Source: Octopus sinensis
Lineage: Eukaryota
Assembly (NCBI RefSeq): GCF_006345805.1
Contig: NC_043010.1
Location: 22,940,001 to 23,004,000 of the forward strand
Length of the DNA stretch: 64,000 nucleotides
Direction: 5' to 3'
Position numbers and translations under genes: made by a program. Positions 27,625-40,549 of the stretch are shown in pieces. Below the pieces are notes generated by a model. It searched no databases. It worked only from the letters and a program-made list of their open reading frames with translations, and was not told the origin of the DNA. Numbering within the stretch: position 1 is the first letter of the stretch; the number at the start of each line of letters is the position of its first letter.

Positions 27625-27853
27625 AGTTTGAAATTTTGGCACAAGATCAGCAAAATCGGGATAGTGGTTAAGTCGAATACATCGACCCCAGAATGTAACC
27701 GGTATTTATTTTATGGACCCTGAAAGGATGGAAGGCAAATTCGACCGCGACGGAATTTAATTGAGAAAGTTCAGAACGTGCTGACAGACGAAATGCCGTT
27801 TAGCATTTTACCCGGCTTCCCAACGATTCTGCCACTTCGCCGACTTAACGATG

Positions 27854-27918
<65 letters not shown>

Positions 27919-28120
27919 TTCAAATTTTTCCACAATGGCAGCAATTTTGGGGGAGGGGATGAGTCGATCACATCGACTCTGGTGCGTAACTGGTAATTAT
28001 TTAATCGACTTTGAAAGGATGAAAAGCAAAGTCGACCTCGGCGCAATTTAGACTTAGAATGTAGCGACGGGCGAAATAACGCTAAGCATTTAGCCCGGCG
28101 CGCTTACCATTCAGCTCGCT
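27625..28120 (-). mobile_element. cluster of SINE family M copies separated by (AAT)n
   Basis: aaagcaaagtcgacctcggcgcaattt and aaggcaaattcgaccgcgacggaattt repeated; both tails run into AAT/TAG tracts. Confidence 0.65.
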
Positions 28121-28210
28121 TATTGACTAAATAACAACTACAGCAACAACAACAACAACAACAACAACAACAGCAACAATAACAACAACAATAATAATAA
28201 TATTAATAAT

Positions 28211-28605
28211 AAGCCGGACATAGTCGTAATTGAGAAGGAAAACAAACTATGCTGGATCATAGACAGCATGCGCAGCTGACAACAAATTATGCGATAAGGA
28301 AGAAAGAACAGTTGAGAGATATGTCAGGTTAGCTTGGGAAGTTAAGCAGTTGTGGGCCATGAAAAAGGTAGTAGTAGTATCAATAATTGTCGGAGCCCTG
28401 GGAACGGTGACCAAAAATCTCGAGAAGTACGTGGAACAAATAGGGGCTGCTATAAGTGTGGAGCACTTGCAGAAAACAGCACTGCTTGGAACCGCTCGGA
28501 TACTCCGCAAGGTTCTTCGGAAAATAAGAGATGTTTCCATAGTTCACTGGTAGTGAACAGCTGACACTGTAATACATCTCCAGCGTTAGAAGCTGTTCAA
28601 AGTCA
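28211..28605 (+). mobile_element. R4/Dong 3' fragment (RLE C-terminus plus 3' UTR) with (AAT)n tail
   Basis: KPDIVVIEKENKLCWIID...IIVGALGTVTKNL...LQKTALLGTARILRKVL. Confidence 0.85.
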
Positions 28606-28630
28606 ATAATAATAATAATAATAATAATAA

Positions 28631-28695
<65 letters not shown>

Positions 28696-28741
28696 TGGTA
28701 ATAATAATGATAATAATAATGATAATAATAATAATGATAAT

Positions 28742-29920
28742 AAGTGTTGACAATTAAAAAGAAGTTTAAGTTATGACAATTAACAAAGAACTACACCCCA
28801 AAAGTGATACTGACAGACTGTATGTGTCTAGGAATAGGGGAAGAAGAGGCCTCGTAGGATGCAAGATCTGTGTTTCAATGAGAAGAACAGTCTGGGATGG
28901 TACCTCAAACAGCAGAGTGAATCCTTGTTTGCCGCTTTTAGAAATAACAATATAATACCTACCGAAAATGTGATGCACCCACAGACATTTAAGAAAGAAG
29001 ATGAAGAAAAAAAGTGAACAACTGGAAATTGAAACCACTGCATGGACAATACCTGAGAGAAGTCGAAGGAAAAGACAAGATCAACACTTGGAGATGACTA
29101 AGAAAAAATGATGTGAAATGATGCTGTGAGGCATTGATATGCAGCGTCCAGGAACAAGTTCTGAGAACTAATTACACCAAGTTCCAAATAGATAAGAATA
29201 GCGAACTGTCTCTTTGTAGGATGTGTGACAGCAGAAACGAAACAATCTCATACATTGCGAGTGAGTATAGTAAGCTGGCCCAAAAGCACTACAAAATGAG
29301 GAACGACAACGTTGCTAAGTTCATCCATTGGAGGCTATGTGAAAAATATCTGAAGAGAGCACGGAAATGATACGACCATGAACCAGAAGGGGTCACCGAG
29401 AATAGGGAACATAAAATACCGTGGGGTTTTACAATCCAATGTGACTCCCTAATCGAGGCTTGGAGACTAGATATTGTTGTGGTAGATAAAGGAAAAAGGG
29501 AAACCAAGACCATAGATATTGCAATATCCGGCGTTGCACGCATAAATGGCAAAAAAACTAGAAAAGATTGAAAAATACAGACTACTAAAAGACGAAATTG
29601 CAAGAATGTGGACCATGAGGAGAGTGTCTGTCATTCCAGTAGCTGTAGGGGCATTCGGAGCACTATCAACCAGGCTGAGAAATATGCCAGAGAAATCAGA
29701 ATTGGCATGAGAGCAGAGCAAGCTCCCCAAACTGTACTGCTGGGGACAAGTAAGATTTTGAAACTGGTGATGGATGTTGTATGTCTCCCATGAAAATTAA
29801 CAACCAAGTACCAAAGCTCATAATGTGCGGAAAGAGACCCAGAGAGATCTCTGACGTCAGATCTCCGAATCTACCAGAGCAAACAAGACCTAGCGCTCTG
29901 AGAAGTGAAACAATAAATAA
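28742..29920 (+). mobile_element. degenerate R4/Dong 3' fragment (thumb, CCHC, RLE)
   Basis: LHPKSDTDRLYVSRNRGRRGL; CRMCDSRNETISYIASEY; VLLGTSKILKLVM; ends in aataaataataat. Confidence 0.82.
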
Positions 29921-29964
29921 TAATACTTTCTACTATAGGCAAGGAGACCAGATATGGTTGTAGA

Positions 29965-30230
29965 GGACAAAATAAGCAAAGAGTCTAAGATTATGAACTT
30001 TACAATACTATCAAAGAATGGATATCAAGGAAATTGAAAAAATTGAGAAACATCAAGACTTAAGCAGGAAGTCTAAGATGGCAATTATTCCAGTGGTAAT
30101 AGGTGCACTTGGCACAACACCCGAAATGCTACTCAGGAGGGTGAGAGCTACTCGAATCGAGATTTTCAGTTTCGACTTGAAGAAAAGTACCATTCTGTTA
30201 TTCTGCAAGAATCCGGAAGAGAATTGGGTT
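29965..30230 (+). mobile_element. third R4/Dong RLE fragment
   Basis: KEIEKIEKHQDL...IIPVVIGALGTTP. Confidence 0.65.
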
Positions 30231-30348
30231 GCCCAACAAACCAGCAACAATAGCAAAAAAAAGAACAAAAAAAACCAAAAACAAAGCAAACAGTAATAAC
30301 AAAAACTGGAATGAACGGCAACAACAAAAGTAACAGTAAACATAACAA

Positions 30349-30380
<32 letters not shown>

Positions 30381-30833
30381 ATAACAACAACAACAAGACG
30401 CACAAGAAATGCAACAGAAAAACAACCACGACAGTAACGTAAACAACGACAGAAGCAACAACAACGAAATCGTTAGAATTACCAGCAAAAGTAACCATAA
30501 CGAAAAATAAAAAAAGAACAACAAAAGCAGAAACAACAGCAACCATAATACAACAACAACCATAATACAACAACAACAACGGCGACAATAGCAATAGAAC
30601 AACAACAAAAACAATATCATTACAACATGAAAAACTTTAAGTATGTATGAAAGAGATCTTGACTACATTATATATTGCTATACAACCGAACGTTTGTTAG
30701 TGAATTGGTTTGTATCATATGCCAAAGATTATTCAGTGCAAATAGCGGAAATATTTCTTTATCAAATTACATTCTCCGTGGAGCTTACATTTATATCTAA
30801 ACACTCTGACTCACTGACGAGAACGCCGCCATT

Positions 30834-30895
<62 letters not shown>

Positions 30896-31446
30896 GAGTG
30901 AGCGAGCAGAGCATGCCATCAAAGTGACACTGGGGTAAAATATACGAAGCCCAGTATACCCATCATGACTACCCGTCTGATAAGGGTACACCAGGCACAT
31001 GCATCACAACCATATGTGCGCGACATGGTAATCTCATATCAAGATAAACAGCACATGACCTTGCAGGTGGAGCCCAGTTAGAATTTTCTTCAGATCGAGT
31101 AACCCATCCTGCTCAAAAGGTCCCTGAATAAGGGTTGTTTAAGGACGTTGAACGAAACACCCATGTTTCCAGAGGTGAATTATTCAAACCCCAAAGAATC
31201 CTTCTCAACACATGGCTATGATGCTCCCCCACTACTTCTGCTCGTGATCAGAAATGCACATATCGTCAGCCTAGTGGACGTGCTCAACTGGTTAAGGTCA
31301 AACAACTGACAAGCAAATCTGTGGTATTGAGCAGAATATTTGCTGTAGCCCATCTTTTATACCAAGACAAAACAATGTACATGATGACACTTCCAATCAG
31401 TTAAGATCAGAAGCCATGAGAGCCACTGCCTGGTACTGCATCAGGG

Positions 31447-31449
<3 letters not shown>
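30896..31449 (-). mobile_element. ~555-bp (TAA)n-embedded element, copy 3
   Basis: Matches 12600-13156; (ATT)n flanks. Confidence 0.8.
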
Positions 31450-31510
<61 letters not shown>

Positions 31511-31518
31511 TATTATTA

Positions 31519-31584
<66 letters not shown>

Positions 31585-32139
31585 GAGTGAGAGAGCAGTT
31601 CATGCCATCAAAGTGACACTGGGGTAAAATATACGAAGCCCAGTATACCCATCATGACTACCCGTCTGATAAAGGTACACCAGGCACATGCATCACAACC
31701 ATATGTGCGCGACATGGTGATCTCATATCAAGATAAACAGCACATGACCTTGCAGGTGGGGCCCAGTTAGAATTTTCTTCAGGTTGAGTAGCCCATCCCG
31801 CTCAAACGGTCCCTGAATAAGGGTTGCTTAAGGATGTTGAAAGAACCACCCATGTTTCCAGAGGTGAACTATTCAAACCCCAAAGAATCCCTCTCAACAC
31901 ATGGCTATGATGCTCCCCCACTACTTCTGCTCGTGATCAGAGATGCACATATCGTCAGCCACTAAGGGACATGCTCAACTGGTTAAGGTCAAACAACTGA
32001 CAAGCAAATCTGTGGTATTGAGCAGAATATTTGCTGTAGCCCATCTTTTATACCAAGACAAAACAATGTACATGATAACACTTCCAATCAGTTAAGATCA
32101 GAAGCCATGAGAGCCACTGCCTGGTACTGCATCAGGGCA

Positions 32140-32140
<1 letters not shown>
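31585..32140 (-). mobile_element. ~555-bp (TAA)n-embedded element, copy 4
   Basis: Matches 12600-13156; head-to-tail with copy 3 through (ATT)n. Confidence 0.8.
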
Positions 32141-32191
<51 letters not shown>

Positions 32192-32207
32192 GTTATTGTT
32201 ATTGTTA

Positions 32208-32258
<51 letters not shown>

Positions 32259-32259
32259 G

Positions 32260-32482
32260 GTGGCAGCGAGCTGGCAGAGTGGTTAGCACGCTGGCTGGAC
32301 GAAATGCTTAGCGGTATTACGCCTGTCGCTACATTCTGAGTTCAAATTCTGCCGTGGTCGACTTTGCGTTTCATCCTTTCGGGTTCGATAAATTAAGTAC
32401 CAGTGAAATTCTGCAGTCGATGTAATCGACTAGTTCCCTCTCCGCAAAGCTTCAGGTCTTGTGCCTATAACAGAAAGGTTGT
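32260..32482 (+). mobile_element. SINE family M between (ATT)n tracts
   Basis: ggcagcgagctggcagagtggttagcacg...gagttcaaattctgccgtggtcgactttgcgtttcatcctttcgggttcgataaattaagtaccag. Confidence 0.75.
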
Positions 32483-32501
32483 TTATTATTATTTATTATT
32501 G

Positions 32502-32560
<59 letters not shown>

Positions 32561-32585
32561 GTTGTTATTATTATTATTATTATTA

Positions 32586-32623
<38 letters not shown>

Positions 32624-33329
32624 TATTACTATTATTATTATTATTATTATTATTATTGTTATCATCACCATCGTCATCATTGTCATTATCATTATTATTA
32701 TAATTGTTATTATTATTATTGTTATGGAAGTTGAACGCCCCTATCCGGTGCACAAAGACTACAGGGATTAGGGAGCCAGTCAGCTCCCTAGAAGAGATGA
32801 TTAGTAATGACAGCATGATGCTAGCTACGAGAAATTTCCTCGACTATTCCTTTATTGCAAAATACGAAAACTTTGCTGTAAAAAACAGGGACTTGCTAGT
32901 TTAATGTATAGGGAACAGAATCTATTCGACGAGCCTGGTTTGTCATTGCTCTCTGGGAAACGGGTTCGGCATGCTATTTCTGTTGATGTGCAGACACAAG
33001 TTAGGGGCTTCACCACCCACAGAGGTTGTTGGACTTATGTTCTCACTGTTAGTCTGTTTGACGGAACTGCAGTCTTGGGTCAAGAAAATATGAAGATTGG
33101 GCATCAGATATCAGATATGTCATCGGGCGCTTATTGCCATCTACAACTTGGATAATGTGGTCAATGGAAGAGCCATTTTAGCAGAGCATGGAGGATTAGT
33201 GGTGATAAAGAGTGATAATATTCTTGGGAAAATTCTAGTCGTCGAAAAGGACAAACTGACCGGTCTGTTTAAGTGGGGTTTCTGTCTTCGGATAAATTCC
33301 AGAAGTCTTTAGCCTAGGAGTACTATAGG

Positions 33330-33700
33330 TCAGGTCAGATGAAGCCAGGTGTGGGAGCATGTGCCGTTAGAGCGTGTCGCTGCATTCACTATTTGTTGGT
33401 ATATTCCCTGGGTCCTTCCCGGGTGACTCGTTGAGCGGAGTCCCACTAATGGTAGCCCATAATCCTGCGAAGCAGCCTGGTACCAAAGGAGTTCAGGTGA
33501 CCCTGAAGGCCCCGAAGAATGTCTAAGCCTCACCATTATAGATTAGGACAGCGAAGACCAGAGGCCTAAAAATCTGAAAATTTGGTGATAGTGTTCTTGA
33601 TATGCACTTGGAGGTAATCGAACAACAGTTAGGAGAGGTCTTGTTGGTCAGAGTAGTCTTGAATCTGCAGGGTTCCTTGTTTGGCCCTAATTAGAGACTG
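33330..33700 (-). mobile_element. highly decayed RTE-like LINE fragment
   Basis: Frame-broken QIFRPLVFAVLIYNGEA and HLNSFGTRLLRRIMGYH resemble the post-RT C-terminal region of RTE LINEs. Confidence 0.45.
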
Positions 33701-34649
33701 CTATGAAGCAGGACGGCTCTACCATCTGTGTGTTTACATATTTTGCATTCATTTATAATTTCAGTTACTCCCTATTTGTCCTCCCCCTCACCCGATTTTA
33801 TGTAAAACCCTAAACAAATCGTAACTTCCCCTTTGCGATACGTCTATGTGGCAAGGAAACAAAACATCATAATCGTTGTCATCATCGTCATCGTAATCAA
33901 CATCATCGTTATCGTTGTCATCGTCATCATCATCATCGTTGTCCCAATCACCCCACTCCCAAACACCCCAACCTTTATCTTCATTATCATCTGCATCACC
34001 ACGACTATCGCATCAACACTACAACCACAAACAACCATATTACCACCACCACCACCTCCCCACCGTCATCGTTATCGTTAATATCACAATTATCACAATT
34101 TTCGACACATCCTTCGTCTCTCCACGAAAAACCATCGCCGCTACCACCACCACCACCACAACCAGCAACAACAACAACAGCAACAACAACAACAGCAACA
34201 ACAACCGCTGCCATAACACAAAATGCTGCAAACCACCCTCTCTATTTTTACCACCATATCAACCAACTTCACTCTCATTAACACCACCGCAGCCACCACA
34301 GCTGCCATCGCCGCCGCAACCTCCACCGCTACCAGCACCACCAGCACCACCAGCGTCACCACCAGCGTCACTTCTCTCCTCTTCCCGTTCTAATCAATGG
34401 AATCGCTATAAGAAGATACGCAGTTGTTTACCGAATACAAACATTTCTCTTTAGTGTTAGGCATGAGTAGAATGGAGCAGTGTTTTGGGGTAAAAGTACA
34501 AATATTGCAGCTTCAGATGGAAGGGTCTGATATTCTGCTGACATGCAACTTTTAAGAATTTATCTCTTTTTACAATCAGTATTTGTTTGTTTGCTAAGCT
34601 AGGAAACCTTACATAGTTATCTGAGATTAGTTTTTATTGTTATATCTGT

Positions 34650-35019
34650 GAAGGCACAATGACCCAGTAGTTAGTGCAGCGGACTCGCGGTCTAGGATCG
34701 TGGTTTCGATCCCCAGGCCGGCTGTTCTGTGTGTTTATTGAGCGAAAACACTTAAAGCTCCACGAATCTCCGGCAAACCCTGCTGTATTCTTTCATCACC
34801 ACTTTCTCTCACTCTTTCTTCCTGTTTCTGTTCTACATGTATTTCAAAAGGGCCAGCTTTCTCACACTCTGTGTCACGCTGAATCTCTCCCGAGAACAAC
34901 GTTAAGGGTACACTTGTGTGTGGAGTGCTTAGCCACTTGCACGTTAATTTCATGAGTGAGCTGTTCCGTCGATCGGATCAACTGGAATCCCCGTCGTCGT
35001 AACCGACGGAGTGCCGTAG
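34650..35019 (+). mobile_element. SINE family B, full length, with 15-bp target-site duplication
   Basis: TSD tattgttatatctgt at 34635-34649 and 35020-35034; tRNA-like head (ggtttcgatccc B box). Confidence 0.85.
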
Positions 35020-35151
35020 TATTGTTATATCTGTTTGGGAGAATGCACACTCATATACTCGTGAACGTGTGACTTATTTGTGTAGCAAGCATACATCTTC
35101 GTACACGACTGGGTTCAAAGTTTTAGATTTTTGTGTATCTTCATGTGTGTG

Positions 35152-35240
<89 letters not shown>

Positions 35241-35404
35241 ATATAATATATTGCAGATTGAAACGGCAGTTTCTAATTCATATTTAACATTTCCAGAGTT
35301 TCACAGTTTCATCAAAAAGTTATGAAGAGATTTTTCGCCAAAGGATTTTTCACTGGTAGCTTTATATACCAGCCATATACTGATATATATATATATATAT
35401 ATAT

Positions 35405-35620
35405 TCTTTTATTCTTTACTTATATTTTTTTACACGTTTCTGTCATTTGACTGCGGCCATGCTGGAGCACCATCCTTAGTCGGACAAATCGACCCCAAGA
35501 CTTATTCTTTATAAGCCTAGTACTTATTCTATCGGTCACTTTTCTCGCACCGCTTGGTGACGGGGACGTAAACACACCAGTGGCGGTTGTCAAGCGATGC
35601 TGGGGATGGGGGACAAACAC
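35405..35620 (-). mobile_element. SINE family A 3' half, cut at its internal microsatellite by the HHR element
   Basis: tgactgcggccatgctggagcacc...cgaccccaagacttattc. Confidence 0.75.
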
Positions 35621-35812
35621 ACACACACATACATATATATAGAATGGTTGTATACTGTCAATCGAACACGAACGTGACAGTAGGGGGGGTACACCACCGC
35701 TGTATAGCCCTAGGAAGCATCGACGCCTCCTGATGGCTTTGACACATTTTTCCCTGTGTCCTTATATACATTTACGAAGGGGAGACAAACACACCCGGCC
35801 GCCGGAGCTGCA

Positions 35813-35857
35813 TCTAGGGACACGTGTTTCAGGATCATTGTCCTTCATCGGCCTAGA
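35813..35857 (-). ncRNA. type I hammerhead ribozyme (U4C core variant)
   Basis: UCUAGG CCGAUGA AGGA-caauga-UCCU GAAA CACGUG UC CCUAGA: 6-bp stem I, 4-bp stem II, palindromic stem III, GUC site. Confidence 0.8.
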
Positions 35858-36137
35858 GTAGCAGACACCGGTCAGCTGGCGATATTTGTCTCGACTTCGT
35901 ATTGTATATATCTATAATTCAGTGAAGTCTATTCACTGATTATCAAAATAAGAAATACTAAATTTCTAAATCTCTCGTAGAGACATGTACGGTGGTGGGG
36001 CGATAGAATGGTTGTATACTGTCAATCTAACACGAACGTGACAGTAGCGGGGTACACCACCGCTGTATAGCCATAGGAAGCATCGCCGCCTCCTACGAAA
36101 TCGAGACAAATATCGCCAGCTGACCGGTGTCTGCTAC

Positions 36138-36182
36138 TCTAGGCCGATGAAGGACAATGATCCGGAAACACGTGTCCCTAGA
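36138..36182 (+). ncRNA. type I hammerhead ribozyme, inverted copy
   Basis: tctagg ccgatga aggacaatgatccg gaaa cacgtg tc cctaga; stem II closing pair mutated (A-G). Confidence 0.7.
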
Positions 36183-38213
36183 TGCAGCTCCGGCGGCCGG
36201 GGGTGTTTGTCTCCCCTTCGTAAATGTATATAAGGACACAGAGAAAAATGTGTCAAAGCCATCAGACTTATACATAAAATCTAATATAGTAGAACATTTA
36301 GTATATGTCTGTATGTATATATATAATATATATATATATCTGTGTATGTATATATGTATATTGCCTGTTATATACATTATATTATTATCTTTATAATTTA
36401 CTTCCATCTTTACCTTTTAATTGTCACTTTAATTTTAACTTTCCTATGATATACAATTTTCAAGATGGTGTAATTTGGTTGTTCATTTTGAACCGATAAA
36501 AGGGGTTTTTTTCAAATATTTTATGTATAAGTCTGTGTTTATATATATGTATTGGTATAAATATCAACACACAAAAATATTTTTTCTTCTTCTCCATTTC
36601 CTCCCTTATTTTTATTTATTTTTTTATTTTTATTTTCATATTTATTTTTATTTTTATTTTCCCTTTTCTCTTTTTGTCTCTCTCCCCTTCTCCAAACACA
36701 CAGAGACACACACACACACGCACACAAACACACACGGACACACAGAGACACACACACACACACACACCTCCACAAAACGATCATAGAAAGTATGACCCCA
36801 AATGACATTTGTCCGGCCAGCCTACCCACCAACACACACTCAGTGACACCAGAATGGACAGAGAGCTAAAATTCTTAGAAAACCCTAGGGGGTCCAGCAG
36901 GCCAAAGGAAATACTTCTTCTTCCCTCTCCCCTCCTCTTTTTCTCTTTAGCCTCAGATACAAACGCACACACACACACACACACACATACACACACACAC
37001 ATACACACACACACACACACATACACATACACACATGTTCTCTCTCTCTCACTTTCTCCTCACCCACCTCACCCTCTTATACTGTCTTGTTCCTCCTCAC
37101 TACTACGAAACTCTATAAAATGACCAAATATATATATATATATATGTATATATACGACGGGCTTCTTTCAGTTCCCGCCTACCAAATTCACTCACAAGGC
37201 TTTGGTCGTTACGAGGCGACAGTAGAAGACACTCGCCCAAGTTGCCACGCAGTGGGACTGAACCCGTAAAGAAGCTAAAAATTGACCTGAGCTAGTTCTG
37301 AATGCAGAACACAAAGAATCAGGATAATTACCGTAATACATGTAGGTTGATATTTTATACCAGTTATCTACTGAAAAATAAATAAATAAATGAAATAAAA
37401 AATAAATCGGTTGGATTTGATCTCTGCACGCTTGAATCTGCAAAGAAATACCGTTAGGCAATTCGTGCGACACACTACTGTTTCTGCCATACCACTGCCG
37501 GCTAAAAGTCTAGCGACAAAAATTCTGTCGACGGAATGTATATGGAGACCTCTGCCAGCACGTCACTGTCTTTAATTTCAAGCGCAGCTATATATCTACG
37601 CAATACAGTTGATAGAGGTTATAGAGGTCAGGCAGACCATAAAGGTCGCATAAACGCTGAATCGGCGAGACCACAGAGTACAAATTGATGTTGAAATATA
37701 TCGCAATGTTTTGACCTAGCGAGAAGTTTACTCAACTGTTCAATACAATCCATAACTTAATTATTAAACTGTTCAATAGACTCCAGTTTTGGCAGTGACT
37801 CATGCATTAGGTAATTGAATAACAGCAGGTTGCGAAATTCATAGATCGTTGGACGCTGTTGGTTCTTCAAATTAATATACCGTGTAGAATTTTTACTTTC
37901 ACATATTGAAGCTGTATAGCATCTGGATATCTATATTCGTGTCTCTCTCTCTCTCTCTCTGTCTTTTTATCTATCTATCTATCCATCCACCCATCCATTG
38001 ATCTATCTATCTATCTCCACACACACACACACACCCACACACACACACACACACAAACACAGATATTCGTGTGTACGTATTTGTATGTGTACATATATGT
38101 ACATAGATATATGAATATATTATTATTCATATATATATATTTGTTTATATGTATGTATATGTATAAATATATGCGTGCGCATATATGTATATATATATAT
38201 ATACATATATATG

Positions 38214-38246
<33 letters not shown>

Positions 38247-39156
38247 ATGTGTGTGTATATATATATATATAATAGATATAATATATTATATATATATTTA
38301 TTTATTTATATAGTAAATGTATGTGTGTATGTGCGTGTGTGAGTCTGTGGGTTGTGTGTAAGTGCAATGTGGTTTAAAATTTCACTTCACAATTTTAAAG
38401 TCACGGTTTCGATTTCGCTGCGTAGCATCTTGGTCAAGTGCCATTTCCGACACCCACTGGTCGTCCGATGCCTTGTGGGTGAAATTAAGGCGATTAAAAC
38501 CTGTTTCAAAACCCTTTGAATGGGCGTACCTGAAATTTAAAGGGCCATTATTGTCATACAGTGTATCGCTGATTCCCTCAAATAATTCCATTAACACAAT
38601 GTAATTAAGTACCAGTCACATGCTGGAATGAAACACACATATACATATATAACACAAAGTAATAACATCGATCATCATCATCTCAGCATCAACAACTACA
38701 ACAATAATATTTTATAAATTACTATAACAGCAGCGGCAACAGCACCAATAAGGTTAACAACTGCCAAGAGCATGAAGTAGCTGCAACAGCAACAACAACA
38801 CTGATAACAAAGGCGTCATATGTACACACACACACTGACACACACAGTGTTGGAATTATCTTACAGTATGAGATTATTCAATTAGAGGCTAATCTGAGTC
38901 AGACAAACAGACAGACCGTAAAACATTCAGTTTGACAGTTTGACATCCACACACACATCCAAGCATACAGTTACACACACACACACATACATGCATGCAC
39001 ATAAATAGATACACACTGTACGAACACACATTTCAACATACAAAAACACAAATATGTAAATATACACTCATGCATGTATCACCCTTTCCCTATCACGTGT
39101 CTGGTTGCAAAAAGCGAATATATCATATATCATATATACATGAATACATACACACT

Positions 39157-39221
<65 letters not shown>

Positions 39222-39669
39222 CATAGTTGAAATTTGTTGAAAAACAAGACGAAAACAGGTTTATAAATAACAAGCAAATGTATTTATTTATCGCTAGGGA
39301 AAAATGAAAAAGTCTTTTACATTTCGAGCCTACACTCTTCGACAGATAGGAATAAGAGAAAATAAACAGAGCGAAAATGAAAAAAACTTGAGTTCAGCGG
39401 TCCAACATGGCGGTATGTATACATATGTGTGTGTGTGTGTGTGTTTGTGTGTGTAATAAATATATAGATTTGACGTAAGACGTTTGCTTCCCAGCCACAT
39501 AGTTTCGGGTTCATGGCCCCTAACCTACAAAACCTAGTGAAACAAAAGGTTTGGTAGACAGAAACTGATGGAAAACTGTCGTATGCTCGAAACGTAAAAG
39601 ACTTTCTCACTTCCCGAGCGCGTGTTGTTTACACACCCGTCTTTGTCTTTTTCTTTTTCGTAAATTCTC

Positions 39670-39710
<41 letters not shown>

Positions 39711-39712
<2 letters not shown>

Positions 39713-39900
39713 CACTTCTCGGCCTTTTGGATAAGATCAAAGAGTAGTTTCTGTTCTTATCACCTTAATATCTGATACGGTCCCTCTTTGGCACCATCGA
39801 TATTAAAATGATTTTTAGAACGGGGCGAAGAGTTAGAGGCTTGCTCCACCTTTGCCACGGATTGGCCTGGTGTTACAGTGCTTCCAGGGATCAGCCAATC
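39711..39900 (+). pseudogene. U2 snRNA pseudogene
   Basis: atcacttctcggccttttggataagatcaaagagtagtttctgttcttatca..ttaatatctgatacg matches the U2 5' end; Sm-like atttttag; 3' stem-loops present. Branch-point pairing region mutated; upstream is a TA microsatellite with no promoter. Confidence 0.88.
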
Positions 39901-39909
39901 TTTAAGTAA

Positions 39910-40075
39910 TAGGTGCAGTGTGGCTGTGTGATAAGTAGCTTGCTTACGAACCAAATTGTTCTGGGTTCAGTCCCACTGCGTAGCACCTTGGGCAAGTATC
40001 TTCTACTATAACCTCGGCCCGACCAAAGCCTTGTGAATGGATTTGGTAGACGGAAACTGAAGAAGCCCGTCGTAT
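39910..40075 (+). mobile_element. SINE family A, 5' half
   Basis: gtggctgtgtgataagtagcttgc...gggttcagtcccactgcgtagcacc. Confidence 0.75.
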
Positions 40076-40155
40076 ATATATTAATATAGGTGTAAAAAGA
40101 TTGAATTTAGATTCGTCCTTTAATTTGGACGTTTCCAAATATATATATATATTAT

Positions 40156-40203
<48 letters not shown>

Positions 40204-40501
40204 GAAAATAGTATTGCTTTCCAGCAAAGAATAGCCGTGAGGGTAAAATTATACATAAAAGTAAATAAATGGTACAACGAAGTACCGATATTTACTGGAA
40301 ATAGCGAACGTAATAAATACGACGCTAATGTATAGCTTCACTGCGTATGTACTAGTAATGATGCGTGTGTGCAACAAACATGAAATAAATTGTCTTACCT
40401 CTAGGTAAAAGGAAGTATTTGGCCGGCTGTGAGAGAGATGAAGCGGAGTGAGAGAGAGAGAGAGATAGAGGAAGACAAACGGCTGTGAGAGAGATGAGGA
40501 G

Positions 40502-40549
<48 letters not shown>

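Larger units (their letters stand above)
35641..36265 (-). mobile_element. hammerhead-containing 364-bp unit: partial tandem repeat with inverted 5' segment (retrozyme or PLE pLTR-like)
   Basis: Direct repeat A at 35641-35730 and 36005-36093 (period 364); segment B 35730-35901 repeated inverted at 36094-36265; B contains an HHR. Confidence 0.75.

Noticed and set aside
32760-33320. Possible host exon
   Set aside because: No coherent frame; faint RTE-like peptides (RAWFVI/GKRV) suggest another decayed LINE, too weak to list.
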